DNA of 64,000 nt. Origin: Moniliella sp. 'wahieum' (lineage: Eukaryota). A program made the position numbers and the translations under genes. Shown piece after piece: positions 47,326-60,538 of this stretch. Positions within the stretch are counted from its first letter, which is position 1. Every line of letters starts with the position of its first letter. The DNA is taken from positions 310,001 through 374,000 of the forward strand of contig RSEE01000060.1 of the NCBI GenBank assembly GCA_003971905.1. Direction: 5' to 3'. The notes under the pieces were generated by a model. It was not told where the DNA came from. It saw only the letters and a program-made list of their open reading frames with translations, and did not search any database.

Positions 47326-50067
47326 ATGCTGCCGCCGCACACCAACGGGCCAATCCACTCCCCTCCCTGCCCGCCCTCATCCGCGCCTCCGCGCAGCACC
47401 TCCCGCGAAACCCTCCGCCCCCGGGCCCAGGCCCACCGTGTCCCCGCAGCCACTTCTCCTCCTCTCGATCCGAGTGTTACAACCGCAATGAACAGCCTCC
47501 CTCCCACCTCTCCTTCCTCTCGCCGTCCCACTGTTCCCTTGTCGGAATGGACAGCCTTGGCTCACTCTTCCTGCCGCCACCATAAGCGCCCCCGCCGTTT
47601 GGCCCCAAGCGAATGGGGACCATCACCGTCGACATGCGTCGCTGTCAATGGGTCAACCAACTACTCGTGGACAGGTGGCGTTGCAGCCTCCCAGGGCGCC
47701 CGTCGAAGCATGCAGTCCTCTGGTCGTTCTGGCCGCTACGGTTCGAGCGGAATTGGAAAGGATGGGGTGGGAGCCGTCCCCCCCCCGTGGGTCCGAATGG
47801 CGAGCGACGTCTGACCGCGGCCAATATCAGCTCGGAGCGTCGACGGGAAGCGCTGTCACAGGTCCCATGCAAATTCTTCCGTAGCAACGGATGTTCCGCC
47901 GGGGCTGCCTGTGCCTTTTCCCACACCCTCCCCGATGACTCGTCCGCACCCAACACGGATGGGATTGGATCTGGCTCCAACGTCATTTGTCAATGGTTCC
48001 TACGTGGCAACTGTCGCTTTGGACCTAAGTGTGCTCTCGCTCACATCTATCCGGGCCAATCGGTTAGCGTACGTCCTGCCTCCCTGCCCTTGTTCACCCC
48101 CGTTTTTGTCTACGCCGGCTGACATGTGTCTGCCCCCGCAGGAGGATATGAGATTCAATAAGGGGGTCCACTCCAGCCCACCGTCGGGGTCCTCGCCGAA
48201 CGGAGGTGGCAAGGCCGGATCTGCACCCCGGCACGCTGCTCCGGCTCCGCGCATGAGGACCAGCCAGCACCTGGATCCGACTCCGAGCCAGTCCCAAAAC
48301 TCGAACAAGGTACCCCACCAACCAAAACCAAGCATCTTCCCTTCCTTCTGCGCACACTTCCATCCAGTCCCGAGCGACTAGCAGCTCAGACGATTCAACG
48401 GTACCCCCTTCCCACGGGGGTCGTACGCAATCATCTTATCTTTCCATCCCGGCCTCCATGCCCCGAGGAAACACATGGAACTATCCGCCGCCCAATTTGA
48501 GTCCCACCCAGTCCCATCCGTCGTGGCCTTCGTATGGCGATCAACAGTCCGGTCCGTGGGGCGGTACAACGGTCCCCACTAACCCTGTTGGTACGGGCAT
48601 GGCCGTGGGCACTTCTCCAATTTCATCTACAACCTCTAACAGTTTCGTTCCGCTTGACCCGGACCGCACGGGAAGTGGCACCAGCCTCCCGGTCGATATG
48701 CTTTCCCATCGCATGGGTTCCCCAGCTTAACTGGGCCGCGGACCAAGAAGCCGCTCCGTTGGACCTTTCTTCCCAGAGGCACAGGATGAGCTGGATCCAA
48801 TCCGTCGAGCAAGTGACATTGTCATCTAGCTTGAGCCAACCTCTCATAGCTATGTGGGGCCCAGGGTTGCTGCCCTGCCCCTACCATCTCCTTGGTCGCG
48901 TCCCACCATGTCTGTTCAAGCGGCGAAAAATGGCCTCCTCAGCATCATCTTTATCGTGGGACGCGCGGGTCCCGGATGTTCCCCTGGAACATGCAGTATC
49001 CACCTCAATCGGTCCTCACGCCGAGGCGTTTGGTACCGACCCTCTCTTTGTCCACCCCCGTTCTTCGTACGAGACGAGCAGCGCGGGCAACTGTACGGAA
49101 CGTCGCTTTCGGGGTACAGTAACTGTCCAGTGGCTATTCTCCTAGTCAACTCGGTACGCGCGGCGCACTTGGGCTTGCTGAGTACGGCTGCTTGGTTTCT
49201 CAGGACGGTAGTGCTGGGGAAAAGGTATCTTCCCACACTCGGATTCCCTCTCTGCCCACCTCCTTTCCTACCTCTTCCACCCGCTCAGCACTTACTTCCC
49301 CCACTGCTTCCAATATAAAGGCGCCGCACGTGCCGCACGCACCTCCTGCCCCACGCCCTGTCCCGTGGGAACGGACATGGGCACCTGTCGCTCCACAAGA
49401 GTATTTGGGCACTACGTTTGCCTCCATCAACCGATCCGAGAGGTGGAGCACATTTTCTCCCATCTCCTCCTCCCCGTCCCAGGCAGCTTTCTCCTTCCAT
49501 GGTTCGTCCTGGGCCGGACAAGGTACGCGGCTCATGTCCCACCAAGCTAGTGGCGCCAGTGGGGCCAGTACAAGTGCCTGGCCAGCGACCGATCAGGCCA
49601 AGGCGCCCGGTGCCAGTCGGCGCACGACCAGTACCTGTTCCGGGTTTGGCGACCACTTTGATCCCTCTTTGGCGGGCTTTGTCGATCCACCCGTGTCTTA
49701 CTCTCTGTCGAAACGGTCGTCGTTGTTGGATGGCGCTCGACTAGGGTCGGGATCGGGATCGGGATTGGGATTGGAATCAGGGTCCACCCCCCCCGCAGGA
49801 CCGGTGGGGATGGAGCGGGCCAACTTGGCTAGCTTGCCTAGTTGGGACAAGGCGGCGAGAACGGGGAACAAATCGCCCACCAGCCCACTTAGTCCTACCT
49901 CGGTCCCCGTCGCCGCTTCGGGCGGAGGAGGTACCGTGTCTCGCAGTCGGTTCATGTGCTCTCCTTTCCTCCAAGAAGGTAGAGAGGTCGACGCAGAGGG
50001 CATCTTCCCTTTGAGTAATCTTCACCTTCTCTCCGTGCTGTCACATGTGACCCAACGCTCGTCCTGA
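47326..50067 (+). CDS. Tandem CCCH zinc-finger protein (Lee1/Cps3/Scp3-like) with a long low-complexity tail; frameshifted
   Basis: LSQVPCKFFRSNGCSAGAACAFSH and ICQWFLRGNCRFGPKCALAHIYPGQ; intron 48069-48141 (GTACGT/CTGAC/CAG). Confidence 0.85.
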
Positions 50068-51947
50068 GCATATCTCAGCGTGGGTCAAAACTCCCTTTCT
50101 TCCCTTTCTTCTCTTTCTTCCCTTCCTCTCCTCTCCTCCCCCCTCTCTCCCCTCCCCCTTCCCCCTTTTCCCTCTTCCCCTTTCCCTTTTCTCTGCTGTG
50201 TTCCGCACTTGCTACCATGCCTCTATACGACTCGACGAACGCTTCGCTTGATCTGTGACGATCCAAAAGATCTCCAGTGTCTGCCCTACGGATGTACACT
50301 ATGCCTTCTCGCCTTCTCGCCTTTTCGCCTTCTGGCATTCTTTGCCCCCCTGTGAAGTAGGGGGTTGTGTTTGCATGTGATCCTCTCTCGTCTCGTGACC
50401 CCGTCTGCCCGCGGACTGGATGAAGATGCACGGCCGCGATCTCGGTTCCTTTGTTTGGGTGTATGGCAACCCACCAACAAACTCCTTTTGCTTTGCCTTC
50501 TCCGTTCCCCCGTTCCCCCGTTCCCCCGGTCTCCAACACTAATTGTTCCCCGTGCTCCGTGCCTCGTGCTCCATGCGCCGTGCCCCGGCGCCAAGTCTGT
50601 CCCATTGCCTGAGACCATCTCAGCTTCAAGACTCAATACTACTTGATGTACTCCTTGTTTGGGGGTGGAGGTGCCCCTATCCCCCCCAAGATAGTCTTCA
50701 ATGCTTCGGCCATCGACGGAGTTCTTGTTTATTGCGTTTTGAGCTCCGAAGTCTCTGCCTTTATACATGCAATCTGGAATCTACACTTGTTCTTGAACAC
50801 GTTCAGTAGCTTTAGCTTGGGCATATATACTTTGTCGCTTCGCAGCCCACTAGGTACTAGCTGCCACATTGTGAGGTGAGGGATTAGCGTTTAGCGTTTA
50901 GCGTTTATTTAGCGCTTAGCAACAGTGTGATGCATGGTGGCGGCAAAATATCCCCTCAAAAAGTGTTTTGAAAATCTGCACGTGTGAGATTGGTGTTGCT
51001 GAATCGTAAAAAAGCTTGCCAGAAGCTTGAAGCTTGAAATTCGCCGGAGGGACGCGTCCTGCCGATCCTACCCAAGAAGGTGGCCATGCTTCCAGCCTGC
51101 ATCCCTAGCATCGCTGCCGCGGTGTCCGGCAGCTGGGTAGTCGATAACTAGCAACTAAGAACCAGCAGCAGCTGAGAGGACAAGTAATCGATAATCAGCT
51201 GCGTGTGTGCGGAGGGGGGTTGGTACTTGGTGCTGAGTGGATGGGTGAGAGGATTGAATATTCAAGCTGAGCCTCAGCGCTGAAGGAGGGGTGTAGCGGC
51301 GAGTGACATGGACATTCGATTTAGTGCTAGGTGGGCTGGAATGCTGGCGGTGGCGTTGAAGGCTGAAGGGCGGAAGGGCAATGGTGAGGCCTGAGGCCGC
51401 CGTTGAGGCTCTCATTTGGCGGAGCAGCGCGGATGGACTAGCCCCTCTGGGCCTTGCGCAGACGGGAGATGGGCATGGCTGAGCGCTGATCGATCAATGA
51501 TTCCATGATCGGATGACGTGTTTCCGACGGCTGTCGGTTTCTGGGCCGACATTGGCGGGCGGAAGCACGCCGCAGGGGGCAGTGTGGGCGCGTCGGCGGC
51601 AGGTGACACGGCAGAAGGCGTGTCTAAGATCTAAGCTCAGTCGTGCTCAGGGCCCCCTCGCGTCACGGGGGCAGTCTGCCGCTTTGGCCCGAGATCCACC
51701 ACGCGTGCGCTTTCAAGAGCTTCACGCTGTCGCTTCCCAGCAGCCTGTCTCCCGCCTTCCTGTCCAGCTCCCCGCCCGAGCACAGCACCCGCACGCGCCT
51801 CCCCACCACCCTCACCACCGTCCAGGGCCCCCAGCTCCCACCCTCTAGCCTCGGCTCTCGCTACGCCCCTGCCATCCCCCCCACCCCCTCCCCCCGGTCT
51901 CCTCCACCTCCCTGCCTCGCACCTCTGCCTATTCCCTCGGCGTAAGC

Positions 51948-54762
51948 ATGGCCCGGCCCCGCAGCTCGACGTTGGCCCCGTCGCTTGTTGTGCCCTCCCA
52001 GCGGTCAATCTCCCTTGGTAGACGACCCCTTGCCGCCTCTGCTCGACACATGGGCGTCCTCGATTTGGGCCGCGCCAGATGATAACACCCTGGCTGCTGC
52101 CCGCCACAGCAGCACCGACTTTGCCCTCTCTTCGCCCTTGGCTCCCTTGCACTCGTCCTCCTTGGCCCCACCAGGCTCAACCTCCGTCCGTACCGGGCGC
52201 GATCGCGCATCCACCTTGGCTGTCGGCGCCCCCATCCCTCACAGCCTTCACTATGCCATGGCCCGCACCCCCTCCCTTTCCCTGACCCGTCCCCGTCTTG
52301 GGTCCTGGCCTCGTTCCTGATCTCGATGCAGAAGATGCCCCGATGCACCGCCGTTCGTCGGTCGGACCACAGCCTTCCCTCCCTCCTGTCGGGAGCAACA
52401 TGGCCTCCAAGGCATTATGGAACCGACTCCACTTTGCCACGCAAGACGACCAGCCCGGCCGCCGGCGTGCTGCTAGTATGATGGGACCTCCTGAACGGGG
52501 GGTTCACTTCCCCAGTCCTTTGGCCCAAGAGGAACACGTTCCACCTCACCTCTCCCCCTCCTACTTGAGAGAGAGGGACCCATCGCCTACGCGGTTGGAG
52601 GAGCTTCCTTCCTCCTGGACAAGGGTGCGGTCTGGTACTGTGGGTGCATTCGCCTCGAGTCCGGGAGGGTACCCCCTGGCCACTTTGCCTTCTTCCCTTC
52701 GACCTCACCAGCCCTCGGTTTCTTCGCCTTTTGCTCCCTCTAGCGGCAGCGATCATTCCCACTCTTCCTCCCCTACGCTTGCCCCGCCATCCACTTCTCA
52801 TGCCGACGAACAGGACAACTCGTCCACGATCTCCATCCCATTTGCCACCCCCCCATGAACCGCCTTTCTACGCCTTCCACTACAGCTCCCCGTGCTCCCT
52901 CGATGTATCCATCCATTTCTCCTTGGACCTACTCTACACCTCCAGGGGCTCCATTCCTCCCCACCTCTACTCCGCTGGCGGCATCACTGGCCAAAGTACC
53001 AGTCTCCCTTCTCCTGCGCCTGCGCCTGGCCTAGCCCCTGCCCCTGCCCCGCCCCCGCTCCTGCCCCTGCTCCTGCTCCTACCCTTATTTCATCGCCTTC
53101 GGCACCAGCAGCCAAGAAGGCTTCCTCCAAAACGCCTGCCAGCCCTCCTCCCAGCAGGGCGTTGTGGATCGGCAGTCTGCCCCCCAACTTGACGACTGCG
53201 GCGCTCACCACCCTTTTCCGCCGGTGGGGCCCACTGGAGAGCACTCGGGTGCTGAGCATCAAAAATTGCGCCTTTGTCAATTTCCTCAATGCCGACGATG
53301 CCGTCGCGGCGCGCAACGCGATTGTTGGGACGAGGTGGGATGCTTGGGATTACTCGGTTGGGTTAGGACTGGGACTCGACGCTGCAGGCTTTGATGCTGG
53401 TACGATCAAGTCGGAATTTGCCAAAGCGTCTCCTGCGCCGGCGGCTTCGCTCGAGCGGGCTCGGGCGATCGGGGCCACCGTGCCGGAACCCAAGGGGAAC
53501 CCATTCAGTGCGGTTTAGCGCGGGAACGGAATGCCGCTCATGGTCTCTTTTCTGCCAGCAACTCCATCGTGCCTTCTAGCGACAGGGGCGGCGTTGCCCT
53601 CCCGCCCGAAATGGCAGTCACGTCGTCCCTAGAAGACCAAAGAGCCATCTTGCACGCTCTTGGCCCCAATCCGGATGGGACAAGTCCCGAAGAAGAACTG
53701 CCGGCGTCAATGGCAGTCGACCCATCTAGGCCCAAACGGTTCTCGAACCTGCTCCCCCCGCCTCCTGCGGCGTCGCGCCGGTTCGATGCAGCCCGACTGC
53801 GCGAACTACGAAGGGCATTCGATGCACCTTCCTCCATGTGGGACGTGAATCGATGTGCGGAAGCCTTGATGCCTGACCTTGCCTCCCTCGCAGCAGCGAT
53901 TACGCGGGCAATGTGATTGTCCAGCGTCTGTTTGAGAGTGGTTCGGACGCGACGAAGCGCGTTATGCTTCAGGCGCTCGCGCCTCACCTGGCTCGGATCG
54001 GGTGTCACAAGAACGGGACATGGGCAGCACAAAAGGTGCTGGAATGCATCCCACGGGAGGGCGAGATGGTTACGCTGGCTGTGGAGGCACTTGCGCCTTA
54101 TGTGCCCCCTCTGTTGCTGGACCAATTGGCAACTATGTCGTACAAGGCTTGTTGCCCTTTGGCCCGCCCCATACCGATGCCATTTGCTGCGTTTCTGGAG
54201 CAAAGTGGGAGATTGCCCAGGGCCGGTTTGGTGCGCGGTCGATGCGCGCGCTGTTGGACCATCCTAGCGTCACTGCACGCCAACGCCGCCTTGGGGACTG
54301 GCCATCGTGTTGTGTGCTGTCCCACTCGCCTGCTCGGCGAATGGGACGATCCTATTACATTGGCTGTTGGATGACCCGTCGCACGTGTCCCAGGACAGCG
54401 ACATGCACTGCTTGCTGCTCGTCTGCGGCCCTACCTGGGGGACCTAGCTACCCACAAACTGGGCTCGGTCGTGCTCCTGCGCCTGGCGCACCAGACGAGC
54501 GAACCGGCAGTGGCGCAAGATACAGTTGCGGCGCTGTTTGAAGGTCCGGCGCCCGCCTACCTCGATATCCTGTTAGACCCGGTCCATGGCTCCCAGGTCA
54601 TTGCGCAGGTGTTGGGTGCGCCCTGCTTGGATCCAGCGCGCCGGGCACGCTACCTGCCCTGACGGGACCGTGGTGCAGGAACGCGGCCTGGTCCATGTTC
54701 CGTCCCATCGCATGCTCGCAGAGGTGGTGGGACTGCTGCGGCCCACCAAGGAGGGCGAGTAG
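51948..54762 (+). CDS. JSN1: RRM + Pumilio-repeat RNA-binding protein (Jsn1/Puf2-like); frameshifted
   Basis: RRM SRALWIGSLP...GPLESTRVLSIKNCAFVNF; linker FDAARLRELRRAFD; PUF repeats NVIVQRLFE...HLARIGCHKNGTWAAQKVLEC, GNYVVQGLL and IAQGRFGARSMRALLD. Confidence 0.88.
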
Positions 54763-55742
54763 AGTAGACTTGGCATGTGTCTCCTCAGCATAGCCAAGGC
54801 GCAATGGGTCCGGGCCTCAATCCTGGATTTCCCAGGCAGCGTTTGTTGCCTCTCGTGTCTTTTTGCTCCTACCATTTCCCACCAGGGCAAGAGCACAATG
54901 ATCGCGGTATTTCGATTTTCGGTTGGTTCAGATATCTCTCCTCCTCCTCCTCCTCTCTGCCCTCCACTGGGTTACAGCGCGATGGGACACCATGGGATGA
55001 ACCATTGTGCAGTGCGCCGCCTGCTGTTCGTGGTGGCGCGCATATCTGCTTGTGCTAGTGCTGTGCTTGTGCTTGTGCTGGTGATTACCTCAATGACTAG
55101 ATGACGACTATGGAAGCTGGGCGTTGGGTGGAACTGTCAGCGTGGGGTGGATGGGTTGCAGGCATAATGGAAACTGCCATAGACAATGGACTAGAAGCTT
55201 GGCATGCCAGATACGCCTCGCAGTATGGTATGTATCCGCAGGGGGACGTGTGGGGGCTGCGCGCGTCTGTGCCTCTGCGCGCCGGACGACCATGGGTGAT
55301 TGGGCCATCGGCCAGTGCATCAGCGTCAGCATTAGCAATTGCGGTCGCTCTTCCACACGCTCCGCCGACACGCCGCTGGCCGATGGGGCCGCGTAGAGGA
55401 CGCAAGCCACCGTCGGTCGCCGGTGGGCGCTGGGCTTGGATGTCCCGCCGTGGCCATCCGTCCGGGTGGGAGGTGGGAGCGTGAGGTGTGCGTGGGCGGG
55501 GTGAGGATGCGCATGAGATCTGAGATGATGTCAATGCGAAGAATGCAATGAATGCCCCATCGGAGGGGCTCCCCGCTTTTGATTCTTTCAGGCGGCCGGC
55601 GTCCCAACACACGCACAACACAGCCGCCGTGCCCCGGCGGCCGGCCCCGCGGTGTGAAGCATGTCAAGCATGTCCAGCACGTCAAGCGTCAGGCAGGCTA
55701 CGCTCGCTGCTGGCCGTGCCTGCCTGTGCTCTCCGCCGCTCC

Positions 55743-58700
55743 ATGCCAGCACTGCTGTCCGCCGGCTTCCCCCTCCCCACGCCTCCTCGCCCCCACCTGC
55801 GCCCGCCCCCACCGTCTCCTCCACCATCCCCACCACCACCACCATCCCCTCCCCCTCTCCCTGCATGGGCTCCTCCCTCTCCCTCTCCACCCCCCTCCCC
55901 CCATGCCATCGCCGCCTGGCCTTCCCACCCAACCCACCACACCCCCTCCCCCGCCCAGGCTGGCGACCTGGACCCAATCCTAGACGAGATGCTGTGCCTC
56001 GACAATGCCGACGAGTATGTCCCCTGGCCCCGCTCTGCCCCATGGTCCCTGACCGCCTTGCTTCGTTCGCTTCCTCCTTACTCTCCAGCCCGTTCTCAGC
56101 ACTCCCCATCCCACTGCCCTGCACCAGCCACCCGTCCATCGCCTCCACCAGTACTACCCCCGCTCCCTCTGCGCCAGGGCAGCACGATCCCCTCCGCCAC
56201 CCGCCCTCCTGCCGCAGCCCAATCTGGCCCAGTTTGGCTGCGCATCTCACTACAGCCACACCAGCGATTCGGACCTGGGCTACACTGCCAACACCATCGT
56301 TCGTCCTCCAGGGATCAGCTCGGGCAGCTGCAGGTCCATGTTCATGGCGTCGCGCTCGTCGGGGCCAAGAGCCGAGTTGAGACGCAATCCGAATGCGGAT
56401 CGAATTAGGCGCCCCACGCCACCCTCGATGCCAGACGGGTCCGACCCGCATGCGGGCGAAGAGGCTGCGCTGCTCTGCAAGCCACCTCGCCTCAGGCCAT
56501 CGACACGGCCCGTGCCCGCTTTGGTCCCCCCGAACTGTGGCAGCGCATCGGCAGTTTCACCCACATCAAACTGCCCCCGGAACGGCCACACGGCGCAAGG
56601 GCCGCAAGTACAAACCCCCGAGGTGGATGCACAACGCGCGCTCTTCCTGGATGCTACAATGGTAACGGCCACCGCACCTCATAACAGTATTAGTGTGTGT
56701 GACAGCTGCTGCACACGCGAGCGCAAACGTGCGCTTCGCTCAAGGCAAAACGCAAAGGTGAGGTCGGAGACCTGGAAGAACCCCCTACCGAGGAGGAGAT
56801 GCGTTCCATGGGGGTTGATCCAACTCTGCCTAACGCTGTTGAGCTCGTTCTGGCCCACCGAAATCAACGTGCCAAGTCTCGCGTGGTGGTGTTCAACTCG
56901 GACGATTATATCGAGTTCCATAATGGCGAGGCCGTGTTGCCAACAAGGATTACATGCTACTGTCGGCACCACAAGGAAACGGTGGGGTTCTGCATCATCT
57001 TTACTTTGCGAGATTGGACGGGCCAGCTGCTTGCTTCCGGTACCACCCCTCCCATTATGATCACCGACGACCACAAGACTCCCCAAACGGCTCTGGGCCG
57101 TGCGCAAATCCAAGCCCAAGCCGATGCCTTGGCCGCTGCCCTCTCCCAAGCCCATGAAGCAAATGCAACTCCCTTGCCTAACCAGGGTAACACCCCGCTA
57201 GCGCCGTTACCACCCACAGAGGAATCTGCTCCGTCACAGGACAATACGGTTGGTCGTCTGCCGCCGCAACGGCGCAAGAGCAGTACGGTGCGGCCCAAGC
57301 CATATGCTCGGCACCCTAGCAACGCATCTTCTCTCCCGCCCAATAGGACCAGCGTGCCATCTCGCGCGTTTCGGTCCCGTCCCCGGCACCGGCACCAATG
57401 GATGCAACGCTCGAGATGGCGCGCAGAGCATCAGCGGTTTCCCAGCACGAGACGGTACCCAGTGTACACCCACACGACACCAATCTTACGGAAGCCATCT
57501 CCTTCTCTGGCACCGCTTCTCCCTCGTCCAACACGCTTCCACAAGGTCCAATGCCCCTTTCGGCACTACAATCTGGACTAGCTCCCGACACTCTTCAACC
57601 GCTTCCGATGGAGGATGTGTGGATGGGCTCACTTCCCTCTGACTTGCCTGTCAACCCGACCCCAACATGCTGATGCAAGCTCTCTTTGCCAGGTCCCAGA
57701 CTGAAGGGGAGACGTCCAACACTGATGGAACGAGCCCAGAATTCGTGGCAGCCATGATGTCGGCCATGATGAATTTCAACCCTCAGCCCAGCCCTGGGGC
57801 GCAGGGGAGTACCCTGCCCCTGGCCAAGGAGATCCCAATCGGAACGAATTGATTTTTCCACTTCCTGGGGCGACGGCCTCCATGCCCACTTTTACCCCTT
57901 CCCCCCTTCCTCCCCTCCTGCACCCAAAATTTCGCAACTGATCCCTCGGGAAGGCCCGACAACCGGAGGGATCGAAGTCACGGTGCTAGGAGAGAACTTT
58001 GTCCCTGGAGTCACGGTCCTATTTGGAGATCACCCCGCTATCAACACCAAGGTGTGGGCGAGCAATACGCTTGTTTGTACCTTACCCCCCTCGGCTTGCC
58101 CGGGCCCGGTGATCACCAGTCTCCAACTTAACGATGTTCGTCTCACACCGAAAAAGGACCAAACTTCTCCGCTTCCCTTCTTTACCTATGTGGAGCAGGC
58201 CGATCGTGGACTGATGGAGCTGGCGCTCCAAGTGGTTGGGCTCAAGATGACGGGCCAAGTGCATTCAGCGCGGGATGTAGCAATGAGGGTGGTCGGGCAC
58301 GAGAACGATCCCGCATCCAACTCGTCCCACGCCGACGTGAGCAATAGCTCCAACCCCACTTCGGCCACCCAATTCTCGCTCCTCCAGTCGGTTGCAGAGG
58401 AGAAGCGGAAGCCGCTAGCGTTCCAAGATACCTTGCTTGCCCTCTTGGCACTATCCGATGTAGAGGTCCCTCCTCCTCTACAGACACGGGGCACGGTCCA
58501 ACTTCCTCCTTCTCGATGGGGCGAAGCTGTACGTTTGGCCAACCCGGCGGGACAGACGATGCTGCACCTTGCTGTTGTCCTGGGCCTGTCTCGTCTGGTG
58601 GAGGAGCTGGTGCGGCGGGATGCAACGGTCAATGCACCGGACCGGAACGGATTGACTCCATTGCACTTTGCTGTGCTGCATGGTCGAGCCGGGTAGCACG

Positions 58701-59485
58701 GTACCTGCTGCGCCACTTTGCCGACCCACGCGCATGTACGAGGCAAGGCAAGAGTCCCTCGAGCTGGCTCGGTTGGCTGCACAAGAGGATACGGCCAAGG
58801 TGCTCGAACATCACTTTGACCTGCTCGCCCTGTCCACCAAGGTCGATGCGGAAGCACAGGAAAGCGGGGACGAATGGGACGGTGCCTCGGATGGGGCAGT
58901 AGATACGGTATCCGAGTCCCATTCGAGTGATGGAGCCGGACCCGCGTCCCAGGATCTTGTTGAGGATGCGACCGCGAGCCTGCCCCCACCTTGGACCGAC
59001 TCCAAACCCCCTTTTGCCAGTCAGACTCGCACGTCGAGCTGGGAAGAAAATGCCTTGTTAGCCGCTAGCTTGGCCAAGTTGGCCGAGGAAGTGCAGCGCA
59101 ACCAGCCCGAACAGTCAAGACAGCAAGGTTTCCGGAAGTCCCGGTTCGCACTGGGTCTCCCGATACGAGCGCGGCAGGTGCACTCCCCCCCGCTGTCGGT
59201 GTACCAAGTCCAAGTGCCTCGGGTCGAGAGGAACCCGCACCCGCCCCCCCGCCCTATTACGACGAGGGGGGGTACCGCGCACGACCGCAAAGGACAGTAT
59301 GTGGTACGGGACCGGTTGCCTGGAAACAGGATCGCATGTTGGTCCTGTTCTGGTTGCCTGCTCTGGTACTTGCTTCGGTACTGTTGTTGCTCTATTCGCC
59401 CATGCTCGGGAGGATCTCCGCTTCTGGGGTTGGTGGACATGTGGACAAACAGGTGACATGGGGTCATGCAATGTGGGGTCACTAG
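55743..59485 (+). CDS. MGA2: Spt23/Mga2-family membrane-tethered transcription factor (IPT/TIG, ankyrin, C-terminal TM); frameshifted, start uncertain
   Basis: KSRVETQ(I)RMRIEL; CDSCCTRERKR; LPTRITCYCRHHKETVGF...TPPIMITDDHK; IPT PKISQLIPREGPTTGGIEVTVLGENF; DRGLMELALQVVGLKMTG; ankyrin GQTMLHLA and GLTPLHFA; TM DRMLVLFWLPALVLASVLLLLY. Confidence 0.95.
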
Positions 59486-60123
59486 TCACTGGTCACTGGT
59501 CATGGGAGCCCGAGTTGGTCCCCGTCGGTGGGGGTAGGGAAGCGAGAAAGTGTATCTATGCTACGAGAGGTTGTGGTCCTTATTTTGTTTGTTCTGTACT
59601 TGCTTGAGAAGGTGTTCGTTTGTGACAACTATTATACTAATTCACGCTGGAGATGTTAGTACTTAGTACTTGTCTTCGAAGGTTAGAAATGAGAGAGACA
59701 ACAGGTATGTATGCAGATACGCAGAGAGGGCGAGAGATCGATCATGATCGACGTTCGAGATAACACCTAAGTTCGTATAAGTAGATCTTGATGTACTACT
59801 CAGTACTCAACGTACCCAACGTCCAAACCGTCCTCTCACCCATCCCAACACCGAAACAATATGGTTCGCACTGTTGTTCCGGTGGAGGTCGGAGTTGGGA
59901 TGGGATGATGCACATCATGCATCATGATGCAGGGGCTCGCTTCGAAACCTATAATAGTATCCGTATGTATTCCAGTCCCAGGTCAAGCTGCAGGCTTCAA
60001 GGGACCAGCTAGCTATCGTGACTAGTGACTAGGGACTACTGGGGAACGACTATAGTAAACCAGTAAATAGAGAAATGGGTGTTGGAATATTCCAAAAGTG
60101 GTGACTTGTGGTGCTCATGGGCA

Positions 60124-60257
60124 GGAGAGGAGAGGAGAGGAGAGGAGAGGAGAGGAGAGGAGAGGAGAGGAGAGGAGAGGAGAGGAGAGGAGAGGAGAGG
60201 AGAGGAGAGGAGGAGAGGAGAGGAGAGGAGAGGAGAGAGGAGGAGGGAGAGGAGAGG
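60124..60257. repeat. Polypurine pentanucleotide microsatellite (AGAGG)n, about 130 bp
   Basis: Read directly. Confidence 0.98.
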
Positions 60258-60538
60258 ATGGGAAAAAGCTACGGAGGAAATGACGAGAGGTTCAAGTAAC
60301 GATAAGGAAAAGAGATCGTTGTGCAACCGAAATGCTGATCACCAGCAGGCTCCAACCAATTGCACGAGATGGGTGTGTGGACATAAGTGTATACATGTAT
60401 CATGGTGTGTGCCAACAAAGAAAGTGATGACAATTTGAAGCAAAGCAGGCCGTACTCACAAGTGATATGTGCCCGATGACCTACCGAAACCGTAGATCAT
60501 AGTATGAGAGGACCAGGATGGCAGGATGGTCTGCAAGG

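Noticed and set aside
55097..55420. Possible spliced Cys/His-containing small ORF (PCGYIPYCEAYL) divergent from MGA2
   Set aside because: No canonical donor, and the motif spacing does not fit a zinc finger without several assumed errors.
60036..60438. ORFs encoding GEERR or LLSSP repeats
   Set aside because: Translations of the (AGAGG)n microsatellite.
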